Shown here one piece after another: positions 35,308 through 44,239 of a stretch of 64,000 bases of DNA. The translations under genes and the position numbers were made by a program. Below the pieces are notes generated by a model. That model was given only the letters and a program-made list of their open reading frames with translations. It searched no databases and was not told where the DNA came from. Positions within the stretch are counted from its first letter, which is position 1. Every line of letters starts with the position of its first letter. Origin of the DNA: Elusimicrobiota bacterium (GTDB lineage: Bacteria; Elusimicrobiota; Elusimicrobia; UBA1565; JACRDR01); contig JBGFSC010000007.1 in NCBI GenBank assembly GCA_041694815.1, positions 64,138-128,137 on the forward strand, read 5' to 3'.

Positions 35308-36671
35308 GCGGCCTCCGAGGCGCGCTTGGCGGCGTACGCCGCCGCGGCGGCCGATAGAAACGCCAAAAACATCGAGGAGGCGATCGCGCCCAGCCACAAC
35401 CCGAAGCTGCGGGCGAAGGCCCCGTCCGAGACGAACCACAGATCCAGCAATTTGGTGGGCTCAAGCCCCAGGAGCCGGGAGGGCAGCAGCGAAAAGGCGA
35501 AGAAGAGCGGCGCGCAAAGCATCAGCAGCACGAGCGGCACCTGCCGCAGCGGGCGGCCGAGCCAGCCCGTCGCCGGCCCGGACTCGGAGTCGAAGAGCTC
35601 CCTGGCGCGCTCGGAGGCCTTCCCCCACCCCAGCCCGTCCTTGGCCATCAGGGCCGCGGTCAAATAGCCCGACAAGGGAGCTCCCACCCGGCACATCCAG
35701 GCCCATCGGGAGGAGCCACGGCGCACCAGGAATTCCCAGGGCCATACGGCGACGAGCAGGTACACGCCCAGGGAGACGAGGGACGGGACGGCGCGCAGCG
35801 CGCGGCCCGCGCCGCACCAGAACCCCGCCTGGGGAAGGCTCGCCGATTGGGCGAGCAGGGCGGCGGGAACGAAAACGGACAAGCCGGCGGCGAGATAAAA
35901 CCCCATCCAGAAGCGCAGGAAGGCGGGCGTTCCCAGGGGTTCGGGTCGCTCGCCCAGCACGCGGATCGCGCCGCCGATCGCGCGGCCGCCCGCCACACCG
36001 ACGACGGCCAACAACAGCGCCGCCGAAAGGCATGGGAAGAGCAGGAAATCCGCGCGGGAGTAAAGCAGCCGGATCGAATCGCCGGCCAGCCTGCCCGGCT
36101 CGCCGGATTGATCGAGCAGCGAGATCCCCATCCGGTACCACAGCAGGCCCGCGATCTGGACGCAGGCCGTCCACAGCAATAGCCCTTTCCATAGATCGGG
36201 AGACGTCTCGCGACGACGCGAGGTGCGGGGCGTCGCTGCCGGGGTGCGGTTGCCCAAGAGCTGCCGCAGAGAGGCCCCGGCCTCGCGGACCTCGGGCGAC
36301 TCATCCTTCTCGGCGGCGACGGCGGCCTCGCGCAGGCGTGTTTGCCACTCCACCCGCCGATCGGCGGGCAGGTGCCGCCAAGCCTTCAGGCCGCCGACGG
36401 CGTGCCGGCGTAGCTCGGGGTTCTCGTCCTTGCAGGCCGAAAGCAGGACTTCGAGCGCAGGCTCCTCGTGGAAGCTCTCGACGCGGCGGTAGAGCGCGTC
36501 GAGCACCCAAAGCCGGGCGTAGGGGTTCTTCGCCTGCCGGTAGAGCCGCTCCAGTTTTCCCAAGGCCTCCGGCGAACGGTCGCCCTCAAGGGCGCTCAAG
36601 GCGTCGGGCGGCGTGGCGCTGGAGGCGGGCGAGGCCCCCAGGAGCAGGAGCAGAGCCAGGCAGCGGCTCAC
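35304..36671 (-). CDS. Protein with signal peptide, HEAT repeats and a multi-TM C-terminal domain
   Basis: GTG at 36671 overlaps the rho stop; DENPELRRHAV and DESPEVREAGA, then hydrophobic helices. Confidence 0.7.
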   Translation of the reverse strand: MSRCLALLLLLGASPASSATPPDALSALEGDRSPEALGKLERLYRQAKNPYARLWVLDALYRRVESFHEEPALEVLLSACKDENPELRRHAVGGLKAWRHLPADRRVEWQTRLREAAVAAEKDESPEVREAGASLRQLLGNRTPAATPRTSRRRETSPDLWKGLLLWTACVQIAGLLWYRMGISLLDQSGEPGRLAGDSIRLLYSRADFLLFPCLSAALLLAVVGVAGGRAIGGAIRVLGERPEPLGTPAFLRFWMGFYLAAGLSVFVPAALLAQSASLPQAGFWCGAGRALRAVPSLVSLGVYLLVAVWPWEFLVRRGSSRWAWMCRVGAPLSGYLTAALMAKDGLGWGKASERARELFDSESGPATGWLGRPLRQVPLVLLMLCAPLFFAFSLLPSRLLGLEPTKLLDLWFVSDGAFARSFGLWLGAIASSMFLAFLSAAAAAYAAKRASEAA

Positions 36672-37645
36672 GTGATGGATTCGATCACCTGTAGCAGGCG
36701 CTCGTTGGTCGGGTGCCGCCGCAGCATGTCGACGAGGTTGCGCGTAGCCTCCAAATCCGGCATCACCGCCAGGGCCCTGCGCAGCCGCCAGACCTTCTCG
36801 AGGGTGGGCGCCGGCAGCAGCAGCTCCTCGCGCCGCGTGCCGGTGTTCTTGACGTGGATCGCGGGGAAGAGTCGCGCCTCGGCGGCCGGGCGGTAGAGCA
36901 CGAGCTCCATGTTCCCGGTGCCCTTGAACTCCTGGAAGATAACCTCGTCCATCCGCGAGCCGGTGTCGACGAGTATCGTGGCGAGGATGGTCAAGGAGCC
37001 GCCCTCCTCGAGCTTCCTCGCGGCGCCAAAAAAGCGGCGCGGCACCTCCATGGCCCGCGAGTCGAGCCCGCCGGTCATGGTCTTGTTGCCCGTGGCGGCC
37101 GTGTTGTGCACGCGCGAGAGGCGCGTCAGGGAGTCGACGACGATCATCACGTCCTCTCCCTGCGCCGCCGAGGCCACGGCCTGGTGGTAGACCGTCTCGG
37201 CCAGGCGTATATGCTCGTCGTAGGCGCGGTCGGAGGAGGAGGCGTACACCTCCGCGGTGACGCTGCGCTTGAAATCCGTCACCTCCTCGGGACGCTCGTC
37301 GACGAGCAGGCAGAGCACGCGCATGGCGGGCTCGGCTTTGGCCACGGCCTGGCAGAACTGCTTGAGGATGGTGGTCTTTCCGGCCTTGGGCGGGGCGACG
37401 ATGAGCCCGCGCTGACCCTTGCCGACGGGGGCAAGCAGGTCGACGGCCCGCATCGCGGGCTCGCTGGAGCCGCGCTCGAGCTGTATCCACTCGTGCGGGG
37501 TCAGCGGGGTCTTGGCCAAGAATATCTTCTCGGCGTCCGTACGCTGGGGGGCGGCGGGCCGGTTTTCCCGGAAACCCCCCCCGCCTTGCCCTCCGGGGGC
37601 TGGGCGATGGGGACGGTGGTGGTGCCTGTGGCGGGGATCTCTCAT
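36668..37645 (-). CDS. rho: Rho-family ATPase lacking the N-terminal RNA-binding domain
   Basis: GKGQRGLIVAPPKAGKT, DERPEEVTD, DSLTRL, GSLTILAT, EFKGTGNME, TRREELL; strong SD GAGGAGG; only 325 aa. Confidence 0.9.
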   Translation of the reverse strand: MRDPRHRHHHRPHRPAPGGQGGGGFRENRPAAPQRTDAEKIFLAKTPLTPHEWIQLERGSSEPAMRAVDLLAPVGKGQRGLIVAPPKAGKTTILKQFCQAVAKAEPAMRVLCLLVDERPEEVTDFKRSVTAEVYASSSDRAYDEHIRLAETVYHQAVASAAQGEDVMIVVDSLTRLSRVHNTAATGNKTMTGGLDSRAMEVPRRFFGAARKLEEGGSLTILATILVDTGSRMDEVIFQEFKGTGNMELVLYRPAAEARLFPAIHVKNTGTRREELLLPAPTLEKVWRLRRALAVMPDLEATRNLVDMLRRHPTNERLLQVIESIT

Positions 37646-37655
37646 AACTTCCTCC

Positions 37656-38237
37656 TCATGTCTGTCCGTCCAAAACGAAAGCCCCAGGCCAGCGGGCGTT
37701 CAAGGCCGATAAGGCGTGCTGGAGCAGCCGCGCGGTCCAGGCCAGTACATCCTCGGGCGGCTCGCCGTTCTCGACGCCGCGGCCGAAGACGTGGGACCAG
37801 GGCATCCCGGAGGCCCCGGCCTGCAGATGGCGGCGGAAATGGCGCTTGAAGGCCTCGATCCATTCCTCCGCCTCGGCCGCGGGAAGCCCCGAGGCCGTCA
37901 GGCGCGAGCGCAGCATCCCGCCGTCGAGGGAGGCCTTCCAGTCCGGCTCCCGCAGGCGCGACTCCTCCTGGAGCAGGCGCTGCCCCGTCGGGTCGGCGGC
38001 GATCCAGCCCATGGCGGCGGCGACCTCGCCCAAGGCGCGCAGCAGGGGCAGGGCCTCGTCGGCATGCTGCTCCTTGCAGAGCAGGGCGACGGCGTCGGCG
38101 AGCCGGCAGCAGCGCCCGGCCGCGGCCGTCAGCCAGGCGGCGGCCCTGTCGTCGGCCTTGAGCTCGGGCCCGACCCGGCTAAATCCGTTGTCGAAGGCCG
38201 CCTTGAAGGCCCCCACGCGCCGGATCAGGCTTTCCAT
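37656..38237 (-). CDS. Hypothetical helical protein
   Basis: 193-aa ORF with normal codon usage, co-oriented directly upstream of rho. Confidence 0.7.
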   Translation of the reverse strand: MESLIRRVGAFKAAFDNGFSRVGPELKADDRAAAWLTAAAGRCCRLADAVALLCKEQHADEALPLLRALGEVAAAMGWIAADPTGQRLLQEESRLREPDWKASLDGGMLRSRLTASGLPAAEAEEWIEAFKRHFRRHLQAGASGMPWSHVFGRGVENGEPPEDVLAWTARLLQHALSALNARWPGAFVLDGQT

Positions 38238-38260
38238 GCTGCGCTCCGGTTTGGTATCGT

Positions 38261-38635
38261 ATGGAGATCGTGCCCACCATACTCATCGTCGACGACGACA
38301 TCGACCTGGTCCAAATATTGACCACCGCCCTGGGGGCGGCCGGCTACAAGATCGCCTCCGCCTCCGACCCCAAGACGGGGCTCGAGAAGGCCCGCTCCAC
38401 CAAGCCGGACCTCATCATCCTCGACTACCACATGCCCGGGGAGACGGGGGCCCATCTCTTCGAATCCTTCCGGCGCAACGGCTCCACGGCCAAAACCCCG
38501 ATACTCTTCATGAGTGGGGAGGCCACCGAGGAGCAGATCAGCTCCGAGACCGCCGATTTCGCCAACACGCGCTTCTTGCCGAAGCCAGCGCATATCGCCG
38601 ACCTGCAGAAGACGATACGCGAGATGCTGTCTTAA
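38261..38635 (+). CDS. Single-domain response regulator (receiver)
   Basis: ILIVDDD, PDLIILDYHMP, PILFMSG, LPKP. Confidence 0.93.
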   Translation: MEIVPTILIVDDDIDLVQILTTALGAAGYKIASASDPKTGLEKARSTKPDLIILDYHMPGETGAHLFESFRRNGSTAKTPILFMSGEATEEQISSETADFANTRFLPKPAHIADLQKTIREMLS

Positions 38636-38720
38636 GGTGCCAGGCATCCACTTTCTACACTTTCTCCACTTACTCTGAATCAGAAAGTTGAGAAAGTGTA
38701 GAAAGTGGATGCCTGGCACC
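38636..38720. repeat. 85-bp inverted repeat with perfect 31-bp arms (REP/MITE-like), copy 2
   Basis: GGTGCCAGGCATCCACTTTCTACACTTTCTC...GAGAAAGTGTAGAAAGTGGATGCCTGGCACC, between convergent genes. Confidence 0.9.
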
Positions 38721-38724
38721 GCTG

Positions 38725-39129
38725 TTACCATTGCGTCCTCTCTCCCCCCCGGATGGCTTCCTTGGGAATGCGCAAGGTTAGGGTGCAGGCATCGTCGTAG
38801 CCGAATTCCATCTTCGCGATCTCGGCCTGCCTGAGCAGCGGGCGGATGCGCTCGGGCGGCACCAGCTTGCGTAGCTGGACAATGAGCTTCTCCTGCGCCT
38901 CGATCGCCGCGCCCTCGCGGGCCACCAGTCGACGCTGCTCCGGCCGCGTCTCCCCGTATTCGGGGGCCCCACGGCCCACGCCAACCAAGTACTCGCGCCC
39001 ATCCGGAAATCGGATGAGATTCTGCAGGGTCAATTCCTCGACGGGGATCTGATGCACCTTGGGCGTCTGTGTGGGCTGCAAGCAGCCCGCGAGAATCAAC
39101 ATGAGCATGGGACTCAATCGAAGCGCCAT
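38725..39129 (-). CDS. Putative lipoprotein
   Basis: LAGC lipobox; VGVGRG...AREGAAIEA resembles LPP20-type proteins. Confidence 0.7.
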   Translation of the reverse strand: MALRLSPMLMLILAGCLQPTQTPKVHQIPVEELTLQNLIRFPDGREYLVGVGRGAPEYGETRPEQRRLVAREGAAIEAQEKLIVQLRKLVPPERIRPLLRQAEIAKMEFGYDDACTLTLRIPKEAIRGGERTQW

Positions 39130-39914
39130 ACCGAGACCTCCCGTATCTTAAGCGCCGCCGAGATCCGACGCGCGATGCTGAGGAAACGCTCCGGGCCGTC
39201 GGAGACGAAGTAGCGCCGCGTCGCCTCCCCGGAGCGACGGCGCAGGCTCATCTGCTCAAGGAGCGAATCGGCCTCGCGGGCCGTCTGCTCGGCCGAATCG
39301 ATAAGCCGCACGGAAGACCCCATCGTTTTCCTTAATACGGGCTTGAGCAAGGGATAATGCGTGCAGCCGAGGATCAAGGTATCGACGCGCGCCTGCTTGA
39401 GTGGCTTAAGATAACGCGCCGCCACCGCCGTGGTCAGGGGGTGGGACCACCATCCCTCCTCGACCAAGGGCACGAAGAGCGGGCAGGCCGCCACCACCGC
39501 CCGGACCCCGGGGAGGCGGCGCTCGAGGGCCTTCTGGTAGCCCCCGCTCTTGACCGTGGCCTCGGTGGCGATGACGCCGACGCGCCGCGCCCTCGAGGAG
39601 GACGCGGCGCGCACGCCGGGCTCAAGCACACCGATCACCGGGATCGGCAGTTCCGCCTGGAGCCTCTCGAGGGCCAAAGCCGAGGCCGTGTTGCAGGCCA
39701 CGACCATCAGCTTGATGTCGTGGCTCAACAGGTAGCGGCCGACCTGCAAGGCGCAGCGTTCCACGGCCTCCTTGGATTTCGACCCGTAGGGTAGGTGCGC
39801 CGTGTCGCCGAAATAGACCAGGTGCTCGCCAGGCATGCGGCGCGAGAGCGCCTTGAGCACCGTCAGGCCTCCCATTCCCGAATCAAAGACACCGATGGGC
39901 CGGTCCACGCTCAC
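39114..39914 (-). CDS. murI: Glutamate racemase
   Basis: IGVFDSGMGGLTV, ACNTAS, LGCTHYP. Confidence 0.97.
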   Translation of the reverse strand: MSVDRPIGVFDSGMGGLTVLKALSRRMPGEHLVYFGDTAHLPYGSKSKEAVERCALQVGRYLLSHDIKLMVVACNTASALALERLQAELPIPVIGVLEPGVRAASSSRARRVGVIATEATVKSGGYQKALERRLPGVRAVVAACPLFVPLVEEGWWSHPLTTAVAARYLKPLKQARVDTLILGCTHYPLLKPVLRKTMGSSVRLIDSAEQTAREADSLLEQMSLRRRSGEATRRYFVSDGPERFLSIARRISAALKIREVSVWRFD

Positions 39915-41086
39915 GGATGCTTGGCCCCCAGGCTCCAGTCCTGCCTCGCGGCGAATTCCGCGATGGCCCGGTGCAGCGCCTCCACAAGGCGGCGGCGGAA
40001 GCGCTTGGAGCCGAGCTTCGACTCGTCGGCGGCGTGGGAGAGAAAGCCCATTTCGACGAGCACGGCCGGGGCGTCGGTACCTCGCAGCACGTAGAAGGCC
40101 GCCTGCTTGACCCCCCGGTCCTGCATCGAGACGCCGCGGTGCTGGCGCAGGAAGCGGGTCATCAGCCCGGCCAGCACCGAGGCCCCGTTGATGTACTCCG
40201 TCTTGGCCATGGCGTGCAGCAACAGGGCGGCCTCCTCATCGGGCGGTGGGCCGCCGCCCTCGAGCTTGATCACCGAGTTCTCGACGTCGGCCACGCGTTC
40301 GGCCTCGGGGTCGGAAGCCTTCTCGGATAGGAAATATATCTCGTAGCCGTTCTCGGAGCGCTGAGAGGCCCAGTTGCAGTGCAGGGAGACGAAGAGGTCG
40401 GCATTGAACTCGTTAGCCATGCGCGAGCGCTCGGCCAGCGGCACGAAGACGTCCTTGTCGCGCGTCAGGAGCACCTCGAAACGCCCGTCCTCCCGGAGCA
40501 GCTCGGCCAGCTCGAGAGCGGCGGCAAGGTTGACGGTCTTCTCGAGCGTGCGACGCCGCCCAACGGTCCCAGAGTCCTTGCCGCCGTGCCCGGCATCGAT
40601 GACCACGCGGCGCTTGGGGTGCATGGCGGCCACCGGCGCCGTAGAGGCCGAGACCCGCTGGCCGTTAGGCTCCTCGCGCTTGTCGATGATCAGGGTCCTC
40701 GACGCGGCGTCGAAGCGGCTGTCCATGCGCGCGAGCTCGGCGAATTCGGGGGAGAGGAAGAATTCGAGGGGAATGAAGGCGATGGAGGCCCTCACTAGCA
40801 CCGGATGGCCCAAGGCCAACGGCTTAGAGCCGATGCGGGCCTCCTTGGAGTCGAGCACCAGCTGCACCTGAGTGCCGCGCAGGCTGAGCTGGACCTTGCC
40901 CGAGGCCGGGCGCCAATAAAAACGGGCGCCGTAGAGCTGGGCCGCCCGATCGCCGCGCAAAAACAGCGCCGCTCCGACCCGGTAGGCGTCGACGGAGCGC
41001 TCCTTGCCGGAGACGACGCAGCGCAGCGTCTCCATGGCGGAGGCGGGGGCGGCGAAAAGCAGGGCGGCGGCGAGGAGAAGGTTCAT
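39911..41086 (-). CDS. N-acetylmuramoyl-L-alanine amidase (Amidase_3)
   Basis: Signal peptide from ATG 41086; IDAGHGGKD, EK, SLHCN, VLVEMGF. Confidence 0.92.
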   Translation of the reverse strand: MNLLLAAALLFAAPASAMETLRCVVSGKERSVDAYRVGAALFLRGDRAAQLYGARFYWRPASGKVQLSLRGTQVQLVLDSKEARIGSKPLALGHPVLVRASIAFIPLEFFLSPEFAELARMDSRFDAASRTLIIDKREEPNGQRVSASTAPVAAMHPKRRVVIDAGHGGKDSGTVGRRRTLEKTVNLAAALELAELLREDGRFEVLLTRDKDVFVPLAERSRMANEFNADLFVSLHCNWASQRSENGYEIYFLSEKASDPEAERVADVENSVIKLEGGGPPPDEEAALLLHAMAKTEYINGASVLAGLMTRFLRQHRGVSMQDRGVKQAAFYVLRGTDAPAVLVEMGFLSHAADESKLGSKRFRRRLVEALHRAIAEFAARQDWSLGAKHP

Positions 41087-42888
41087 TCGAGGATGATGCG
41101 GTAATCCTCCCACTTGAGCAGCGGATCGCCCTGTATCTTGATGGCGCGGTGGACATTCTTCTCGATAACGGCCTGCTTCTCCGCGAAGCCCTCGGCCAGC
41201 TGCGGGTGCAGCAGCAGGCGGATCTGCCCGCCGGGGCGGCCCTGCGTCAGCTCGTGAATCTCGCGCTGGATGCGGATGCGGATGCTCTCGGCCGAGAGCA
41301 CGCGGCCCGAGCCGTGGCACTCGGGGCAGCCGTCGGTCATGAGGCTCACCGTCGACTCGCGCTTTCGCTCACGCGTCATCTCGATGAGGCCCAGGCGGGT
41401 GATGGGCAGGATACGGATCTTGGCACGGTCGCGGCGGACGGCGTCGGCTAAGGCTTCCATGACCCGGTTGCGGTTGGAAGCCTTCTTCATGTCGATGAAA
41501 TCGATGACCACGATGCCACCAATGTTGCGCAGCCGCAGCTGGTGGGCGATCTCGTAGGCGGCCTCGATGTTGGTCATGGTCACCGTCTCTTCCTGGGACT
41601 TCGACCCCGTGAAGCGCCCGGTATTGACGTCGATGGCGCAGAGGGACTCGGCCTCCTGGACGATGATGGTGCCCCCACTGGGCAGCGCCACCTTGGTCTG
41701 GCGGAGCTTCTCGATCTCATGTTCTAGATTGAAGGCCGTAAATATCGGTGTCTTGGCGTCGTAGAGGCGCACGCGCTCCTTGAGCTCCGGGGATATTTTG
41801 TTGATGAAGTCGAGCACGTTGTGGTAGGCCTCCTTGCTGTCGAGGAGGTAGACGTAGACCTGCTCCGAGAGCAGGTCTCGCGCGACCTGCATGGTCAAGT
41901 CGAGGTCCCGGTGCAGGAGGCAGGGCGGCGGCGTGGACTGGAAACGCCGCTCGACGGCCTCCCAGGTGCGCATGAGGTACTTGACCTCGCGCTCGAGCTC
42001 CTGCTCGCTGGCCCCCTCGGCCTCGGTCCGGACCACCACGCCCTTGCCGGCCATGACCTCGGCGACGAGGCGGTCGACGATCGTAGACAGCCGCTTGCGT
42101 TCGTTGGGGTCGACGATGTGCTTGGAGATGCCGACGTAGTTCTGGAACGGGGTGAAGACCAGGTAGCGACCCGGCAACGAGACATCCATCGTGACCTTCA
42201 TGCCCTTGGTGCCGATGGCCTCCTTGGCCACCTGCACCATGACATGCTGGCCCTTCTTCAAGGTCTGGTCGATCGGCGCCCGGGTATCGCCCAACACGTC
42301 GGAGATATAAAGGTAGGCGTTCTTCTCGAAGCCGATGTTGATGAAGGCCGAAGAGATCCCGGGCAGCACGTTCTCCACGACCCCCTTGTAGATATTGCCC
42401 ACGATATTCTGGGCGCTCTTGCGCTCCCAGAGCAGCTCGACGAGGCGGTTGTCCTCCAGGATGGCCACGCGGGTCTCCTCGAAAGAGGTGTTGGCGAGTA
42501 TCTCACGCTTGAGCTGCCGCCTGCGGTCGGCGACGTGGCTGGGCTCTGGCCTCTGCTGCCGGCGCCGGTCGCCCACGCGGCCCCGCCCCTGCTGCTCACG
42601 CTCGCCCCGGCGCTCCGGGCGCTGCTCGGGCCTGCCGTCCCTGCGCTCCTGGGGCGGGCGTTGCGGCGGGACGGCCGTAGCCGGCGGAGCGGGGGCCGGA
42701 GACTGGGCCTTGAGCGCCGCCTCTTTCTCCTCCTCGAACTGCGCCAAGGCCTCCTCCATGTCCATCTCCTCGGCCTCCTGGATGGAATGGATCTCGGCGC
42801 CGATCGCGTCCTCTTCCTCCGACCCTTCCGCGGCATCGTCGCCGGCGGGGACCGATTCAAAATGCTGCTTCGATTCGTTTTCTTGCAT
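41083..42888 (-). CDS. Rne/Rng-family ribonuclease with an N-terminal disordered extension
   Basis: GNIYKG, QVAKE, IDVNTG, GGIVVIDFIDM, CPECHGSG; AGGAG SD before 42888. Confidence 0.93.
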   Translation of the reverse strand: MQENESKQHFESVPAGDDAAEGSEEEDAIGAEIHSIQEAEEMDMEEALAQFEEEKEAALKAQSPAPAPPATAVPPQRPPQERRDGRPEQRPERRGEREQQGRGRVGDRRRQQRPEPSHVADRRRQLKREILANTSFEETRVAILEDNRLVELLWERKSAQNIVGNIYKGVVENVLPGISSAFINIGFEKNAYLYISDVLGDTRAPIDQTLKKGQHVMVQVAKEAIGTKGMKVTMDVSLPGRYLVFTPFQNYVGISKHIVDPNERKRLSTIVDRLVAEVMAGKGVVVRTEAEGASEQELEREVKYLMRTWEAVERRFQSTPPPCLLHRDLDLTMQVARDLLSEQVYVYLLDSKEAYHNVLDFINKISPELKERVRLYDAKTPIFTAFNLEHEIEKLRQTKVALPSGGTIIVQEAESLCAIDVNTGRFTGSKSQEETVTMTNIEAAYEIAHQLRLRNIGGIVVIDFIDMKKASNRNRVMEALADAVRRDRAKIRILPITRLGLIEMTRERKRESTVSLMTDGCPECHGSGRVLSAESIRIRIQREIHELTQGRPGGQIRLLLHPQLAEGFAEKQAVIEKNVHRAIKIQGDPLLKWEDYRIILE

Positions 42889-42904
42889 GATGTCTCCTAA
42901 ATGG

Positions 42905-44239
42905 CTACGCAAACGAGTAATGATGGGAATAGATGTTCATCACGATTCCCAAGGTCCAAAGATTAATCACCAGGCTCGAACCCCCATAGGAGACGAGCGG
43001 CAGGGGCAATCCGGCCACCGGAAAAAGCCCCAGGCACATCCCCACGTTGATCGCCAGGTAGGCGGTATACATGGCTGCCAGCCCCGCGCAGACCAAAAAG
43101 CCGTAGCGGTCCCGCGAGAGCCTCGCGGCGCAGACCACGCGCCAGATCAGCATCAAATAGAGCAGTAGTACCGCCGAAGCGCCCCAAAAACCCATCTCCT
43201 CGCCGATGACGGCGAAGATAAAATCGGTGTGACGCTCGGGCAAGAAGCCCAATTGCGACTGGGTGCCGGAAAATATCCCCTTTCCCCCCATCCCTCCCGA
43301 GCCGATGGCCACCAACGCTTGGTTTACGTTGTAAGAGGCTCCCTGCGGGTCGATCTCGGGGGCCAGGAAGGCCAAAAAGCGCTTGCGCTGGTAGCCCTTG
43401 ATCTGGTGGTTGATGGCCTCCGCCGAGCCGAGACCCCCCAACACCACCATGGCGGTGGTCGCGAAGATCAGCCAATGCACCGGGGCGCGCGCCCAATGCG
43501 TCAGTTTCCACAAGAAGAACGCGACTAGAAATATCCCCGCCGCCGCCAGCAGCAGGCTCTTGCCGGGGGTCGACAGCGACAGCAGGAAGGCGGCCGTCGG
43601 CGAGGAGGAAACCCATTGCGGGCGAAGTGAAAGCAGGGTCCAGAGCAGCGGCAGGCCCAGCGTCAAGCTCCCGTAGAGGCCCATGGCCAGGATATGCGCC
43701 ACGTTGGCCCCGGCGCAGAAGAGCATCGCCAGGCTCATCGGGAAGAACACGAGGCAGGAGGAAAAATCAGGTTCCTTCAAGATCAGCACCAGCACCAGGG
43801 CGCAGAGCCCACCGGCCTGCAGGAAGGTCTTGAGATGGTGGATGCGGTCGGCCCGCCGATCGAGGAAGGTCGCCAGGACCAGCACGGTACACACGCGCGC
43901 GAACTCGGATACCTGGAAATTGAAGAAGGGGAGTTGAAACCACGCCCGCTGGCCGCGCAGCTTGACACCGACGAAAAGCACGGCGACGAGCAGCAGCAGG
44001 GTAATCCCGTAGAGGGCCTTGCTCTGGTCCTGGAATACCTGGTAATTGACGCTCACGCCGAGCAGGAACAACCCCACGCCGATAGACAGGGCCAGAAAAT
44101 GCCTCTGCAAGACCTGCCCGTAATTGGCCTGTCCCAGGGAGGCCGAGAGTATCCCGAGCGTCCCGATGAGGAGCAGCCCGCCCATCGCCACCAATAGCAT
44201 CCAGTCCCAACGCCCGCGCATCCCAGCCTTAATGGACAT
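42905..44239 (-). CDS. rodA: Rod shape-determining protein RodA
   Basis: AIGSGG, FLPERHTDFIF, PLVSYGGSS; follows mrdA. Confidence 0.93.
   Translation of the reverse strand: MSIKAGMRGRWDWMLLVAMGGLLLIGTLGILSASLGQANYGQVLQRHFLALSIGVGLFLLGVSVNYQVFQDQSKALYGITLLLLVAVLFVGVKLRGQRAWFQLPFFNFQVSEFARVCTVLVLATFLDRRADRIHHLKTFLQAGGLCALVLVLILKEPDFSSCLVFFPMSLAMLFCAGANVAHILAMGLYGSLTLGLPLLWTLLSLRPQWVSSSPTAAFLLSLSTPGKSLLLAAAGIFLVAFFLWKLTHWARAPVHWLIFATTAMVVLGGLGSAEAINHQIKGYQRKRFLAFLAPEIDPQGASYNVNQALVAIGSGGMGGKGIFSGTQSQLGFLPERHTDFIFAVIGEEMGFWGASAVLLLYLMLIWRVVCAARLSRDRYGFLVCAGLAAMYTAYLAINVGMCLGLFPVAGLPLPLVSYGGSSLVINLWTLGIVMNIYSHHYSFA

Noticed and set aside
38636..38720. CRISPR array or simple intrinsic terminator
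   Set aside because: No repeat-spacer periodicity or cas genes, no U-tract, and the arms are far longer than a terminator stem. It may still stop transcription.
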